The translations under genes and the position numbers were made by a program. Below the pieces are notes generated by a model. It saw only the letters and a list, made by a program, of their open reading frames with translations. It ran no database searches and was not told where the DNA came from. A DNA stretch of 62,587 nt, the filler included, from Choristocarpus tenellus KU-1152 (Eukaryota; Protista; Phaeophyceae), in NCBI GenBank assembly GCA_964200185.2. It is 9 parts of 9 records of this genome, joined end to end, with 100 filler letters (N's around TTAATTAATTAA, not from the genome) between each part and the next. Parts side by side here need not be neighbours in the genome. Positions count along the whole stretch, not along the records: positions 23,132 to 33,159 come from CAXNAD020003198.1; positions 33,260 to 38,228 come from CAXNAD020012330.1; positions 38,329 to 42,546 come from CAXNAD020015629.1; 6 more parts are not named here. One strand, written 5' to 3'. This document shows, piece by piece, positions 27,494 through 40,168 of the stretch. Each line of letters opens with the position of its first letter. Position 1 is the first letter of the stretch.

Positions 27494-30400
27494 ATGAGCT
27501 CTCGATGCCGAGTAGGCCTGTCTGCGTATGCCTTCATCTTGGCATTGGTACTTCCAAGAAGTACCACGGCCCAGCCTTGTTCACCAAATCTCTGCAGTGG
27601 TCATGGATCTTGTGAGTCGTCAGGAGATGGTTCCACATCAACGCGGCAGTGTAACTGCAACACCAAATGGATGGGTGCTGATTGCAGTCTGAAGGTATGC
27701 CCGTACGGGATAGCGTGGTCCGATACAGCAGAGGGTACAGATGACTCTCACAACACCGCCGAGTGCTCGAACAGGGGTCGATGTAATAGGGAGATGGGTT
27801 TCTGCGAGTGTGACCAGGGCTTCGAGGGGCAGGCGTGCGATCGGAAGTCGTGCCCACACAATTGCCACGGCCATGGCAAGTGCCAAAGCATATCCTACTT
27901 CGCATCAGTCAAGGATTTGGGGGAAGGAACCTTGTACACGTACGATGATGTCTGGGATGCTGACATAATGTACGGTTGCAACTGTGATATTGGGTACACG
28001 GGACCCTCTTGTCAACTACGCTCCTGCCCAACTGGTGATGACCCGCTCACGGGAACAGAAGAGGTGAGGGTGGCACACACGACTACTTGGGATATCCCAT
28101 CTTTCCTAAACCTCATATCCAAGCAGGGAGTCTCACAGTCCAAAGCTGCTACCTGTACCTCTCGTTCGGGGTGCTCTATTACATAGAGCACTGTTGCGAA
28201 CCGATGAAACTCTTTCAGCGATATCACACCCTTTCCTCACAACTGAATCGGAGTGTCTTCTTTACTTGGCCAAGGCTACGAATAAGGAATTTTGTGCTCC
28301 TTCAGACTGAAACTACTCCCATCCTCCATTATATCTCAACCGCTTTCCATGCATTCTCTCCTCTCCAATGTTTGCATCCTCTTCTCTTCAACCCTGGGGT
28401 TCTGTTTGAATCCAAAATCCCGGAAGGATCCGGATGGTGAGCAGTACAATGAGCAGCAGGAAGTAACCTGCACAGCTACTGGGGGAGTCTTTACGCTGGC
28501 CTTCCGTCACTTCACTACAATTGAGATAGCATACGATGCATCTGCTGACAAAATTGTTGACGCCCTTGAAGATTTGCCTAGTATCTATTCCTCGTACGAC
28601 TCTGCTATCTCGGTTCAGTTTGCAACTACAGAGACGGAGGCATGTGTGTCCTCTGGTCACACCTGGACAGTTGAATTTCTGCAAGACTTTGGTGATCTTC
28701 CCTTACTGGTACCTGGTACCTCTGGCCTGACCCACACAACATCAGGGACAGATCCGAGTGTAGTAGTTGCTGAATCAGTCACTGGAACAAAGGAAAATTT
28801 TGACTGCTCTGGTCGTGGGTTATGTGACCAGGACCACAGTGTTTGCACGTGCGAGCCTGAATTCGACACGAGCAATGGTTCTGGGTCAGAGGGTCAACGG
28901 GGTGACTGTGGCTATGTGGTCACAGCTGTGACACACTGCCCTGGAGAGGTATCATGCTCTGGTCATGGGGTGTGTTCGGGCTCTCCAACCTATGACTGTG
29001 ATTGCAGTGATGGCTGGACTGGCTCAGATTGCTCTCTAAAGACTTGCTCATATGGCAAGTCTTGGTTTGCTGTGCCGACGGCAGATAATACAGCACACCT
29101 AGATCGCTCTGAATGTTCAGGCATGGGTGAGTGTGATCGCTCAATGGGGGTGTGCCGGTGCATTGATGGCTTTGAGGGGTCCGCATGCGACCGCATGTCT
29201 TGTCCAGGAGGCATAGGGGGGGGAGTTGAAGAGAGTGACAGGGTGCTGTGCAATGACCATGGGCAGTGCATGACCATGTCAATGCTGGCAGTGGAGGCAA
29301 GCGACAGTGATGGGCAAGAGGCTGACTACACATATGGTGCCACCCCTAATGACCCTAAAACATGGGATCATGACATGGTTCAAGGTTGCTTTTGTGACCA
29401 TGGTTACTTTGGGCATGACTGCTCCCAACGTTCATGCCCCTACGGCGATGACCCTGACACACACTCACAGGACAATGAGATACAGGAGATCCTGTGCACT
29501 GACAGTGACTCTACTGATGGTAGTCTAGTTGTTTTAACCTTTCGACAGGCTGAGACAGACTCTCTGGAACCTACCACCACGGAGGTATATGTGCTGTTCA
29601 AATACTAATACGATAATTTGGGTCATTGAAACTATCAGGACCCTACTATGGCTGGTTCCTAACATCTACCAATAGATTGATCCCCTTGCAGTATATACCA
29701 GTATGCTGTGATATATTCCCACTTCAGTTGCTCCTCAAGCGATTTTGCCTTGTATCAATGCAACATTTGTGTATTTCCTGTATGTATTTTCTGAGGCACA
29801 TTGAACAAAGCTCATTGTCCAACCATGGCAAACTAGGGCCTGCTATTGACCTCCTAAAAATCCTAGTGTCACTATTTCCCCTACAAAGACACATGCAGTA
29901 TCTACAACCTTCAGCTTTTGACAAGTGGCGAAAAGCTGAACTATCCTGTGCTATCTGTACTTTGGAAATAATTTTAGATCTAAGTTAGTTATCCCTACAA
30001 GCTATAGCCTTGGTCCATGACAATGGCCTAGTTTCCCTGCTACTTGAAGAAACACTCAAGAGAACATCCCCAAACTCGAGACTCACAAATCTCGGAATGG
30101 AGCCTATCTTTCTTGCAATTCACCACAATTCCTTGGTTCTCTCTGACTCCCAACTTCCCTCCTGTCACATCTCCTTCCTCTCACCTATCCCTTGACATTC
30201 CTGGGTGCCTTCAAAGGAAGAATTGGAAGCCGCCTTGGAAGATCTATCTACCCTGACAGATGTCTCTGTGTCCTGTGACACAGGGGTGTTCTGCTCAAAC
30301 ACGACATCAACATGCTTAGTTGAGTTCCTGACAGAGTTAGGTAACGTCCCATTGATTTCAGTTTCCGTAACTGATGTGGACACGGTGGACATATTTGAGT

Positions 30401-31646
30401 ATCAGGCAGGAACCAAGGAGTACGTGGAGTGCAGCTTCAAGGGTTTGTGTGACTATGAGCTTGGAGAGTGCAGATGCTTCCCTGGGTATGGGAGCAGTGA
30501 TGGACAGAATGGGATAGGCACACTGGGCGACTGTGGGTGAGAGGCAATGGAGAAGGGTGTGTGGCTAGTGTATATGTCAAAATGACATATAAGAGTGAAA
30601 ATGTAGAGACAGGGTAAGAAAAGCCCAATTGAGGCATTGAGTCAATGTTTCTTCTTTCAGTGTGTCATAAATTAAGTTGACCCAGTGTAGCTCAACAACA
30701 AATTTGGGTGTGGAAATAAAAAACAGCCTAGGAGAGACAGGGACAAAATTATGTGCTACTTTTCATGTTCTAAACTCGCTATGATATGCGAAAAAAAGCA
30801 CATCCAACACCGAGGTGATGTCTGGTGGAACTGTCTTGATGGAGGGTACCTCTGATAATAGGAATCTAGATGTGAAAAAGAAAGCGCACGTTTGGTGCAC
30901 TCTAAAAGTACTAGTGCGTATTGTTGTACTTTAATTAACTCTCCAGCTTGTGACGCACTGATGATACTGGTCTGCAAGACTTCCTACACATTGCTTGAGA
31001 GGAGAGCATTAAGGTTGGCATTTTTTTGATAGGCTCAGGAAGAAAAAATGATGAACAAGGTGTACTAATACTTTGTAGGGACCTACCTCAGTATTAATCT
31101 TTTGAGTGATAGCACAGTACTTTAGAATACCTTCAATTTATTTTGCCAGGAAGGGATTATGTGGGAGGCGGATTGAAGGTTATGAATAAAGATTAATACA
31201 CTATGAGAGGAGGATCTGTTTGCTACCATTACCACGTCCATACACTAAGCTCATGGGCTGCATGAGCAGGGACCACCTTTGAGATGCAATGTTACAATCT
31301 CTTCAACACTACTCTGGAAACTTCGTACAAAACAGGGATATAATACCCACAATACCCCCATTGCTCCCCCTGTTATTTTCTACAGCAACAAATCTCTTTC
31401 GTCCAAATTATGTCTGCTTCTCCCTGTCCACCCCCTTTCCTGCTCATACAAAGGTACATTTTACCCTTTAGCCCAGGCCTCCGAGAACATGGAAATGAGC
31501 GACCCATGAGCCGCTACCCTCTGAATCAACAGAAGTCTGCTCCAGCAGTTGCTCACTCTGTTGCATCAAGAGGTGACAGGGCATGGCGTAAAGCACAAGA
31601 TCAAGTGCAGGCTAACCTGCCAATATGGGCAAAGGATCGCCACTGA
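27494..31646 (+). CDS. Secreted EGF/tenascin-like cysteine-rich protein, related to the stramenopile Sig/mastigoneme (Ocm1-like) family; 4 exons
   Basis: Signal-peptide-like start MSSRCRVGLSAYAFILALVLPRSTTA. Exons 27494-28063, 28427-29584, 30217-30536 and 31454-31646. Two modules of CSGHGxC / ECSxxGxCxRxxGxCxCxxGFEGxAC / WD...GCxCDxGYxGxxC...CPxGDDP, each followed by an NExQ...VEF domain and GDCGY. Confidence 0.85.
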
Positions 31647-33046
31647 TCCTTGGTATGGGTCTGGGTGGGCACAAGCGGTGATGGTAGATTGGGAGTCCAG
31701 AAGGTCAGGTTAAATTGAAAGGCTGAGATGAGAGAGGCCTTTGAAGGTGTTGGAGGTTGCGGTGTTGCCAGTTGTTTTGGGCTGATGATGATGAGCCAAA
31801 GTAAATGAGAGATAACCAGGTTTTGGCCATTTGCATTTTAAGCCAGCTGTGTATCTTCTACAATTCACCATGTTCCTATGCATGAAGTACAAATATTGAT
31901 TTTAGAGCGTTAATTTCTCGATTGTTTGACTTTTTTTTTACAATTCAGAAAATCCCCTACATGCGCATGTACAAAATGCCGAAATTTGGATATTTTTGCT
32001 AGGACCCATAAAATGCAACCCTGGGTACCTCTCACTTACTTCAATTCTGATTTGATAGCTTCCCATGGAAAAAGGGGGAATATCCTCTTTTTCACTTCAT
32101 ATTTCACATACTGGCAATTCATGCATGCAGGGTATGAAATATGGGTAGTACTCCGGACTAGCTGAGATGGTGGAGAGAGTCAACAGGGGTTTGGTAGGGA
32201 GGAAGAAGTGTCGGAGAAGCATAGGGTGCATGGTCATGTCTTCAAGGCTGCCTGTCCTGATTTGTGGGATGGAAATGAACAGTCTTGATGGTGGGCCCCT
32301 GCACTAACTCTCATTTCGTCCACATCTCTCCTTGGCTTGATTCCTTGAAATCAGATCCCAACAAGGATATCATTGCATCCTACAAGCCTTTGTTGTGAGG
32401 AAGGATGAAATTGTGAGGCACAAATGCAGCAATTTCCTCCAATACCTCATATGTTTTTGAGGAGTGGTGTACTTTTTGACAAGTTCAACAATGTTCAGTC
32501 TTTGTTCGCATTTTGTATGCAGTGACCCCGAAATGTCTTCGCGACGACCACACTACAGATCAAGAATCCTGCAAGCGATTTTGTGTGGACAAGATCAATA
32601 CCCCAGAAAAATGACTCAACACAACATAGGGAGACTATGGTAAATAATTGTAAGAGAGACTCTAGAAGAAGCACTGAAGAAAGTATGTTTTCAGTCCCAC
32701 ACTTTCCAGCAGAGTTGGAAGAACAGAAGCCCCTTAATATGGACTAGAGGGATAAAGGGTGATTCAAGTACTGCGGGTTACTTATGAAGCAATTGTGTGA
32801 CACTTGTAGCATTTCTTTGCATGGTTCTTGTCTCGCTATGACAGCCATGGTCTTGACATTCATCTTACAGTGGTATGAACTGTGCAACAGCAACACTGCA
32901 TCATCTGTAGATAAAGATTAAATGCCACTTGTATGGGCTCAAGAAATAAGCACATTTAACATACATTTGACTGAGCAGGTTCACTCTTTGAAGACACGGA
33001 TAATTCTGCATGGTGAGACCACTAGGCACTCATCACGTTTTTTTAT

Positions 33047-33159
33047 GAACCAAAGTATCTTGGAGGGTAGGGCCTCGTCCATTTGGGGTCAAAATCCATT
33101 GTTGTGATTTTGATGCAGTTTTGGCTATTGTATTGGTTGGGAAGTGTCAACAGCCTTGT
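33047..33159 (+). mobile_element. MITE family A, left part (runs into gap)
   Basis: GAACCAAAGTATCTTGGAGGGTAG...GTCCATTTGGGGTCAAAATCC, collinear with 6817-7073. Confidence 0.85.
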
Positions 33160-34957
33160 NNNNNNNNNNNNNNNNNNNNNNNNNNNNNNNNNNNNNNNNN
33201 NNNTTAATTAATTAANNNNNNNNNNNNNNNNNNNNNNNNNNNNNNNNNNNNNNNNNNNNTAGTTTTCATTGGTTTTCCCCTGACACATCTGCAAAATGTC
33301 AGAGGGCATAATAATATAAATACATATATATTTCAATTGAAGGGGTATGACAAGAGCTTTTAAAGGTTTGTATACGCACGAATACAAAGGCTTCGGGGAA
33401 CGGGAGCTATGTCCCGATGAAATAATGGAAAAAAACGCGGGGGAATATCTCCAGCGCAATTTTGAAGGTCACGATTTCAAAGCGGCTTAAAATGAAGTGG
33501 TTGGCTGAACTCCTTCCAGAAAGCTGGTCTGGGGTAGGTCGCTGCCCAAGTTTGACTGGTGGGGCTGTACCGATAAAAAAAATAACCCCCCCCCCCAAGA
33601 ATTCCGGACATTTTTTTATCGGGACATCTTTTTAACGCCTTTTTCAGACTTTCTGTGACAACACACACGATCGACTTACACACCAACATGAACCACGACT
33701 GTGAGACAAGGAGGGCCGCCGAGGCCACTCTGCCCCCTGGATCTACCCTCGTCAACTTCTCTGTCGAAAGGCGACGGAAAGACAAGCACCGTGGAACCTC
33801 AGTGCGATGTTAGGTGACGAGAAAGTGCGAGTAGTGTGGCCCAGCAGCATGATCGAATAATCGAGAAATGAACCACGCGGTCGCGACACTGACGCTGAGA
33901 GAAGATGCAATGAAAGCATTACGACACAAACGCGGTTGGGTCTTCTACCACTTCGGAGAACTGTTCTCTGCAAAAACTGCCACCTTAGGAAAACAGGAAG
34001 AGAGCGGCGAGTCCATCGCCAGGTGGTACAGTTGACGAAGTCTGTGGGGAAGTCTGCTGGTCGCGGCGGGCGAAGGGAGAACCAGAGTGGCCGCCCGAAG
34101 GGAAGGTTGGGGAAGAGAGCAGTGCGTCTGCGTGCCACTGCGCTCAGGACACGCTTAAACGAAAACCCGGGTGTAGAATATCTTAGTCGACAGATGCAGC
34201 AGGCCCTGGCTGTTTGGAAGCTGTGCGAGCCGGAGTGGCTCAAGAAAACGAGAAATAAGGTGTTAGGGTTGGGCTACGAGGGCTCTGAAGCCCGAAAGAA
34301 GGTCGAGAGGGCTCGCAAGGCGGAGGAGAAAGCGATCGAAACAAAGGCAGCTGTGGAGACTTTTCGATACCACCAAATCCTTTGCTTCGAAGAGGTCGCG
34401 AAGCAGGTGGAGGTAGGATTCGACGAGGACGCTAGGGCAGAAGAGGAGGTGAGATTGAGGCTATTTGCACACCAATGGTTTGGTGTCTCCAACCTCTTGT
34501 AAGATGTCGTATATTCACTTTTGTTCCTGGACTTGGGGTTGGACGTCTAAAGTTGAGTAAGGCATTCTCCCAGCCTGCGTTCATTCGAGAAATCAACACA
34601 ATTTTCGATCGACTCAAGCCTGTCCTCCCTCGCCCTTGCGCCTTGATGATAAAATATCACCCACCCAGGAAACACGGACGATGCCCAGTTCCAGCTCTCA
34701 ACGAGGAAATGTCATGGTAAAGGCTCTAACACTGCGAATCCTGTACCTGTGTATGAACGACAGGAAAGACCGTCAAACCGCGCTCGAAATGGCAGCAGGA
34801 TATGCCATGGTCAGGTCGGAAACTGTGAGGAAATGCGAGAGAGACTAAGGGTCACATCAAGGTATCGGAGCAAGGGCGCTACGAGAGGTGCTTCGTTTTG
34901 GGCATCGACGAGGACATCCTTGCCGAGGTCAAAGAGTGGGTGCGTGAGCACAGAGGA

Positions 34958-35179
34958 GAGTCAAAGTATCTTAGAGGGTAGAGCCGCGTCCATTTGGGGG
35001 TCAAAATCCAATTTTGCAATTTCGATGTAATTTTGGCTCACACACCTTTTCATAATGTAAACAATTTACCTACTCCGGAACATCTTGGAGTAGGTAAAAT
35101 GTCATAAAAAACCTGTGGGAAGCCAAGCCCCAAATGAACAAACAGGGCAGAAATCGTACCCTCTAAGATACTTTCACTC
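34958..35179 (+). mobile_element. MITE family A inserted in the transposase coding sequence, TSD AGGA
   Basis: Complete TIRs with AGGA on both sides. Excising the element restores the frame ...EVKEWVREHRG-RKGGEASMTADNF. Confidence 0.92.
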
Positions 35180-36304
35180 AGGAAGAAAGGGTGGGGAGGC
35201 CAGTATGACCGCGGATAATTTTCAGTACATCAACAACACAGTCATGCCGAAGGTGGCGAAGCTGAAGACAGCCAAATTTGACCCCTTCAAGGGAATGAGG
35301 TTCGACGAGGTGGGCGAACGGCACGTTCGTCGACCAGTCAACAGTCTCTCAACCGCGAGCACTTGGTTGTCACAGCTTGGGTGTGCTTACCATGGCGGAA
35401 AATCCGGTTTGTATATCGATGGACATGATCGTGATGACGTCCTCCAGAATCGAGAGGAGGAGTATCTTTCGCGGTACTTCAACTACCGCAACTACATGGA
35501 TGTGTGGATATCGATTTCGCCAGGTCAAGCGAAATGTTGGGATATTGGTATTGGCGAGGTGCCTGAAGTGGACCGCGCACCTGACGGCTGCACATGGGTG
35601 TGTGTGCATGATCTGGAGGAGGTAATGGATGTTCTTCCAGACCACCTGAAATCGAGGATAACCAGTAAGAAGGCCTTCCCGGATGGGAGGCAAATGATTC
35701 TCCTTTGCCAAGACGAGAGCATCTTTCGAAGTACACAACGTTTCAAAATCAATTTTGTGCCACTTGGTCTCGTCTTTGCAGTTGGTACAGTGAGCCCTAC
35801 GCCATCTACTGCTAAGTTTCTCCTAACCCATGAATTTATGTTGAGTAAGTTGTGTTTTTTTTCTAACCCTATGTAAAGGAATCGACGAGGTAATAACATG
35901 CTGGGGACTAGTTTGTTTCGTCATGACGTTATCACCTGTCCTGAATTCCCTTCTATTTCACCTTTGCCATCTGTTGACTGCAGCCAATGATACTGAAACG
36001 CGTGCGTAGTGGGCACCAAATATGCACGGACTCAACAAGAAGGGAGACGGGCAAGGCATCACGGTATCGGGGACCATAGTTGTTGATCTCGGATTTTTCT
36101 CTGCAACCGTGGAGCAGGTCCAACGGGCAGAGAAAAACCGACAGGAGCGGTGTGCCATGTCAACTGAGGAATGTGCCTCTTGGGTTGAAAAATCCGCCAA
36201 ACGGGAGAAATTCCGCTCAACCAACATGCTCTACAAGGACAAAGAGGGGACCACCTGGTCGTTCTACCTCTTTGAGTATCGCAAGAACAAGGAGGGATAG
36301 TGGA

Positions 36305-36932
36305 CCATCTGCTGCATAATGCCCTTGTGAGTGTGGAGGATGACAGTAAGGCTCATCTTGAACAAATATAAGTGTCATCAGTGGTCAAGATGGGTTACTT
36401 GCTGGAGGAAATCACTTTATTGTGGCTCACCAAAGGTGTACAAGGTGCAATGAAATCAGTTCGGGTACCTGTTGGTGCCTATTGGATGGCCATCCAGTGC
36501 AGGGAGTGCTTGGAGGAGATGTGCAGGATTTTGAGGATTGAATTGAGAAAGCTAGTGCAAGCTCTTCTTGTACCTCAAACTTACCACCATTCCTCACAAG
36601 AACATTGATGTTCAACCGCAAGCGTGTTGACGTTCAAGTGGGGGGGAAACAGTTGAAATGGGAATAGAAAAATAGAAATTGGAAGTGTTGGTAGGAAGAA
36701 TGGAGTGCAGAAGTCACTGTCATCAATCAGTCAAAATATACCAGCATAGGCTAGATGATATGGAGTTCTCTCTGTCACGTCTTGACTTTTGTGATGATCT
36801 CTCTCTTGTAAGATTCTCATCACTCCACAGTTTTTCTTGAAGTCCTTGCAGTCTTGCACTTGTCCAACCTTAACCTTGTCCTCTCGGTTGTGGTCTGTCC
36901 TGCCTGGTGATCCTCTTCGACACCCTTACACG
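36305..36932. mobile_element. 628-bp insertion of unknown class flanked by direct repeat AGTGGA
   Basis: AGTGGA at 36299-36304 and 36933-36938. Removal joins KNKEG*W to NAPKMLDHMADII in frame. Confidence 0.5.
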
Positions 36933-38328
36933 AGTGGAACGCTCCCAAGATGCTGGACCACATGGCAGACATCATTGAGTTGGTGAACGTTGTCTATCCC
37001 AACCACGTCGTGGCGTGCGCTTTTGACTGGTTCTCCTGCCACAATTGCCAGGAAGAAGGCACACCATCGGTGACAAAGATGAATGTCGGTTTCGGAGGCC
37101 GATGGGTGGGGAAGATATGGCCGCGATGGATGCGACCACACTGAAGGAGGACCCCGCATCTCAAAGCAGGGACTTTGCACCACCTGATTTTACAACCAGA
37201 CGATGACCCGCCGTTCTACACCCCACATCTCACCAAAGAAAACTATGTAGGGAAGCTTAAGGGGATGAAACAAATTTGTGGGAAAGGGGGCTGTTAGAAC
37301 CCGGAATGACGAAGGACGGAGGGAAGCGAGAGAAACACAACTCCAGCCAAAGCATGTTGCATGTGCTTGGAGAGCAGAGGGACTTCAGTGAGGTAGTTCC
37401 TGGTCTTCAGCTTCTTGTTGAGCGGTACGGAGGGGTATGCCTAATGCTCCCAAAGTATCACTGTGAACTCAAGCCCAATGAGCTCGTGTTAACTTAACCC
37501 CATTCTCAAAAGAAACGAGGAGATATGTCGATCATTGTTGGAATCCACAGGGTTTAGTTGGAGCTGGAGTCCCTATATTGGAAACAACCGGCAGAGTCGG
37601 AACTGAGCCCCTATGTCGCCATGTGGCAATTAATACATGCTCCCGCAGCACAATTCGAGGTGATAGATGATATTTATTGTCCTGACCTGTGATAAACGCC
37701 TGTGGTAAGCGTGAAACATGTATTCCTAGTTCACGCTGGGGGGCATGTTACAGGCGAATAGCATGTCTGCCTTTTCGCATTCTAACCAGTGTGAGTAGTC
37801 TTGTTATGACATTTACTATTTTTTGTAGTTTTTAGATATTTCTGTTTGTATTTGAGACATGATTCTTGTCTGGAATTGTTTGTGATTATAGTTCTGACGG
37901 GGGAAGCGTTTTTGGCAGTACCCTATTTCAGTGCTATTGTGATTTTGCATCCATATTCATTTGTGTGTCGATACTTGTGAGGGGGGAGAGTCTTACTATG
38001 ACACTCCCTATTTTTCTGAGTCTTTTTTTGTTTGTATGTTCTTCGTTCGTAGGTAGGGCAAGCCTTTATTTGGCGGCACCTTATTCTTGTTTGTGACTGT
38101 GAGACATTATCTTGGTGTCCTATAGTCTATGTTTATAGTTGTGAAGGGGGACAGTCTACGGCAGTACCTTATTTCAGTGCTATTGTAATTTTGTGCCTGT
38201 ATTCACTTTTGTTGATAGTTGTGAAGAGNNNNNNNNNNNNNNNNNNNNNNNNNNNNNNNNNNNNNNNNNNNNTTAATTAATTAANNNNNNNNNNNNNNNN
38301 NNNNNNNNNNNNNNNNNNNNNNNNNNNN

Positions 38329-40168
38329 CCCCGCCACCCCAGGCCTCCTCATCCTGAACCATTTGTCTATATCGCTCTGCTTCAATAAGTGCAGCACCTC
38401 CCATACCCCCCCTGGCAGGGTCGTTGGTAAGTCTTGTCTCATCTCGAACCTGTGGTAAAAAAAATACAAAAGTGTGGTTACTTGAGGTTAGTAAGGTTAC
38501 TGTCGATTAGCATTGTGATGTGGGTTGGGGGGAGCTGGGAGGAGGGTTGAATGTGAAATAGTAGTGGTTACTATCTGAGATATTTTTGCATGCATTAATA
38601 AAATCTTCTGAACATTCGTAATTTGTTCGTGTCTGAGGAATGTGGTCATCAGGTTCCACAAAAAAAGCAAAAAAAGTGTGTCGTAATACACTGTGATGGG
38701 AAACAGAATCAGCAGGACATGAAATCATCTGCCATCTTTCCAGGTTTTAACCAGAAGCCAGGAACATATGAGAAACACTGCCATCAAGTATTGAAATTCC
38801 TCTTTTAATTTGGGGAGATGAAGATATACACAAAAACAGCAGCAGGCACCCTCCTTCAGCACAGTTTCTTGCAATGCCCAACTTGTCAAAAGTGCTGGGA
38901 ACTGGTGTTCCTGAGACACCAAAATCTCATTCTTCATCTAGGTAAAAATATGCAAGATTTAACCAGTCCTTCTGGACACACCTATCCACACAAATGTGAG
39001 TGAGGAGAATATTTGGAAAAAAGTGATATGATATCAAGGCGTTGAAAAAGAGAAGGTGGGCTTAACATGACCCTAGTATTTACCAGCTTTGGAAATTCAT
39101 TGAAATTCTAGTGCATTACAAGATCGCGGTGGGACAACACACAGGGGTAAATTGGTTCTCATCGTGCCTGTCCTCCTGACATTCCCCTGCCAAACTGACG
39201 TCCTTGCTTGAAGCCTGGGTCAATCCCCACTTTAATTATGCGATCATCCAGGGCCGTCCCGTCCAGACAGTTTATTGCGCAGAGCGCATCCGTGTGCTTG
39301 CGGAACCTACTCAATAGGGGTCAGAGTGACAGGTAACAGGGTATTTAGCACCAAGGACATCATGCAGCTCTACCAATCTCTTCATCCCACAAATCACTCA
39401 GTTGGTCGATGTTCGCTCCTCATGTCAGATAAACCGTCAGCCTGGGTCCACAGTGATATTCTCTAGGCTCGGATATACCGCCAATAGACACGATTTCTCT
39501 TTTCCCCACTTCGATGCTGACCATCACTTACTCAACGAAGCAGAACCCACAGGGAGACTTTTTCACCCGATCCAGCCCCATTATGACTCGGTGCACCTGC
39601 CCTATCTACTTAGACGCCATGGAATAATGGAAGGTTAAGGGAAAGGGATGAAGAGGTTTAGGTGGTGGAGAAAATAATGAGGCAAAAAGTCAGTACCTTC
39701 CAGCGATACCTCATCGCTGCTTACCCTTCATAACTCTCTGGAAACGATATTGTGTTCACCAATAAGTAAGAGGTTATCTCAACCTGCATAACATGGACCA
39801 AATTTCATTACCTTCTCAGGAGGATCGCATCGTCACCACTACCTACTCTTCACGACTTCCTCAACCTGATTATTGCCCCCACAAAAAACAGGGAATATCT
39901 TAGCAGAACGACACCCAACTAACTCCATCCTAGGACATACATTGGGAGCCTGATATATAAACATAACAGGAACCTTTATCCCACACCGAGGATACCCGAC
40001 CTGATCAAAAAGGGCGTAGATCTGCGACTCTGTGGTGTAGAAGGAGAGATTACCCACGTAAAGCGTGCGAGATATCTTCAAGGCTTCTTTGTATGCACTT
40101 AGTGAGGACCAATTCTTGCGGTCCCAGTACGGTCGCTCGGTTGGACCGTAGTTGAAGAGTTCCGCCAT
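38329..40168 (-). CDS. NCBP2: Nuclear cap-binding protein subunit 2 (CBP20); 3' end lost in gap
   Basis: Exons 40168-40001, 39605-39532, 39306-39168 and 38449 to the gap. Motifs TLYVGNLSFYTTESQIYALF, VIMGLDRVKKSPCGFCFVE and GFKQGRQFGRGMSGGQ|VRDE. Intron 3 is GC-AG. Confidence 0.95.

Larger units (their letters stand above)
33936..37497 (+). pseudogene. Intron-containing DDE transposase pseudogene of the IS630/Tc1/mariner group with long D-to-E spacing
   Basis: Motifs GLYIDGHDRDDV, CQDESIF-(intron)-TND...W, KKGDGQGITVSG, FEYRKNKEG*W, AFDWFSCH, KGMKQIxWERGL, VLGEQRDF and MLPKYHCELKPNE. In-frame stops at 36007 and 36298, frameshifts, and two nested insertions. Inferred introns are 34449-34668 and 35731-35983. 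Confidence 0.8.

Noticed and set aside
32796-32890. PHD-finger-like CDTC...LHGSCL...W fragment
   Set aside because: Short, surrounded by stops and without a clear exon structure; at most a decayed TE piece.
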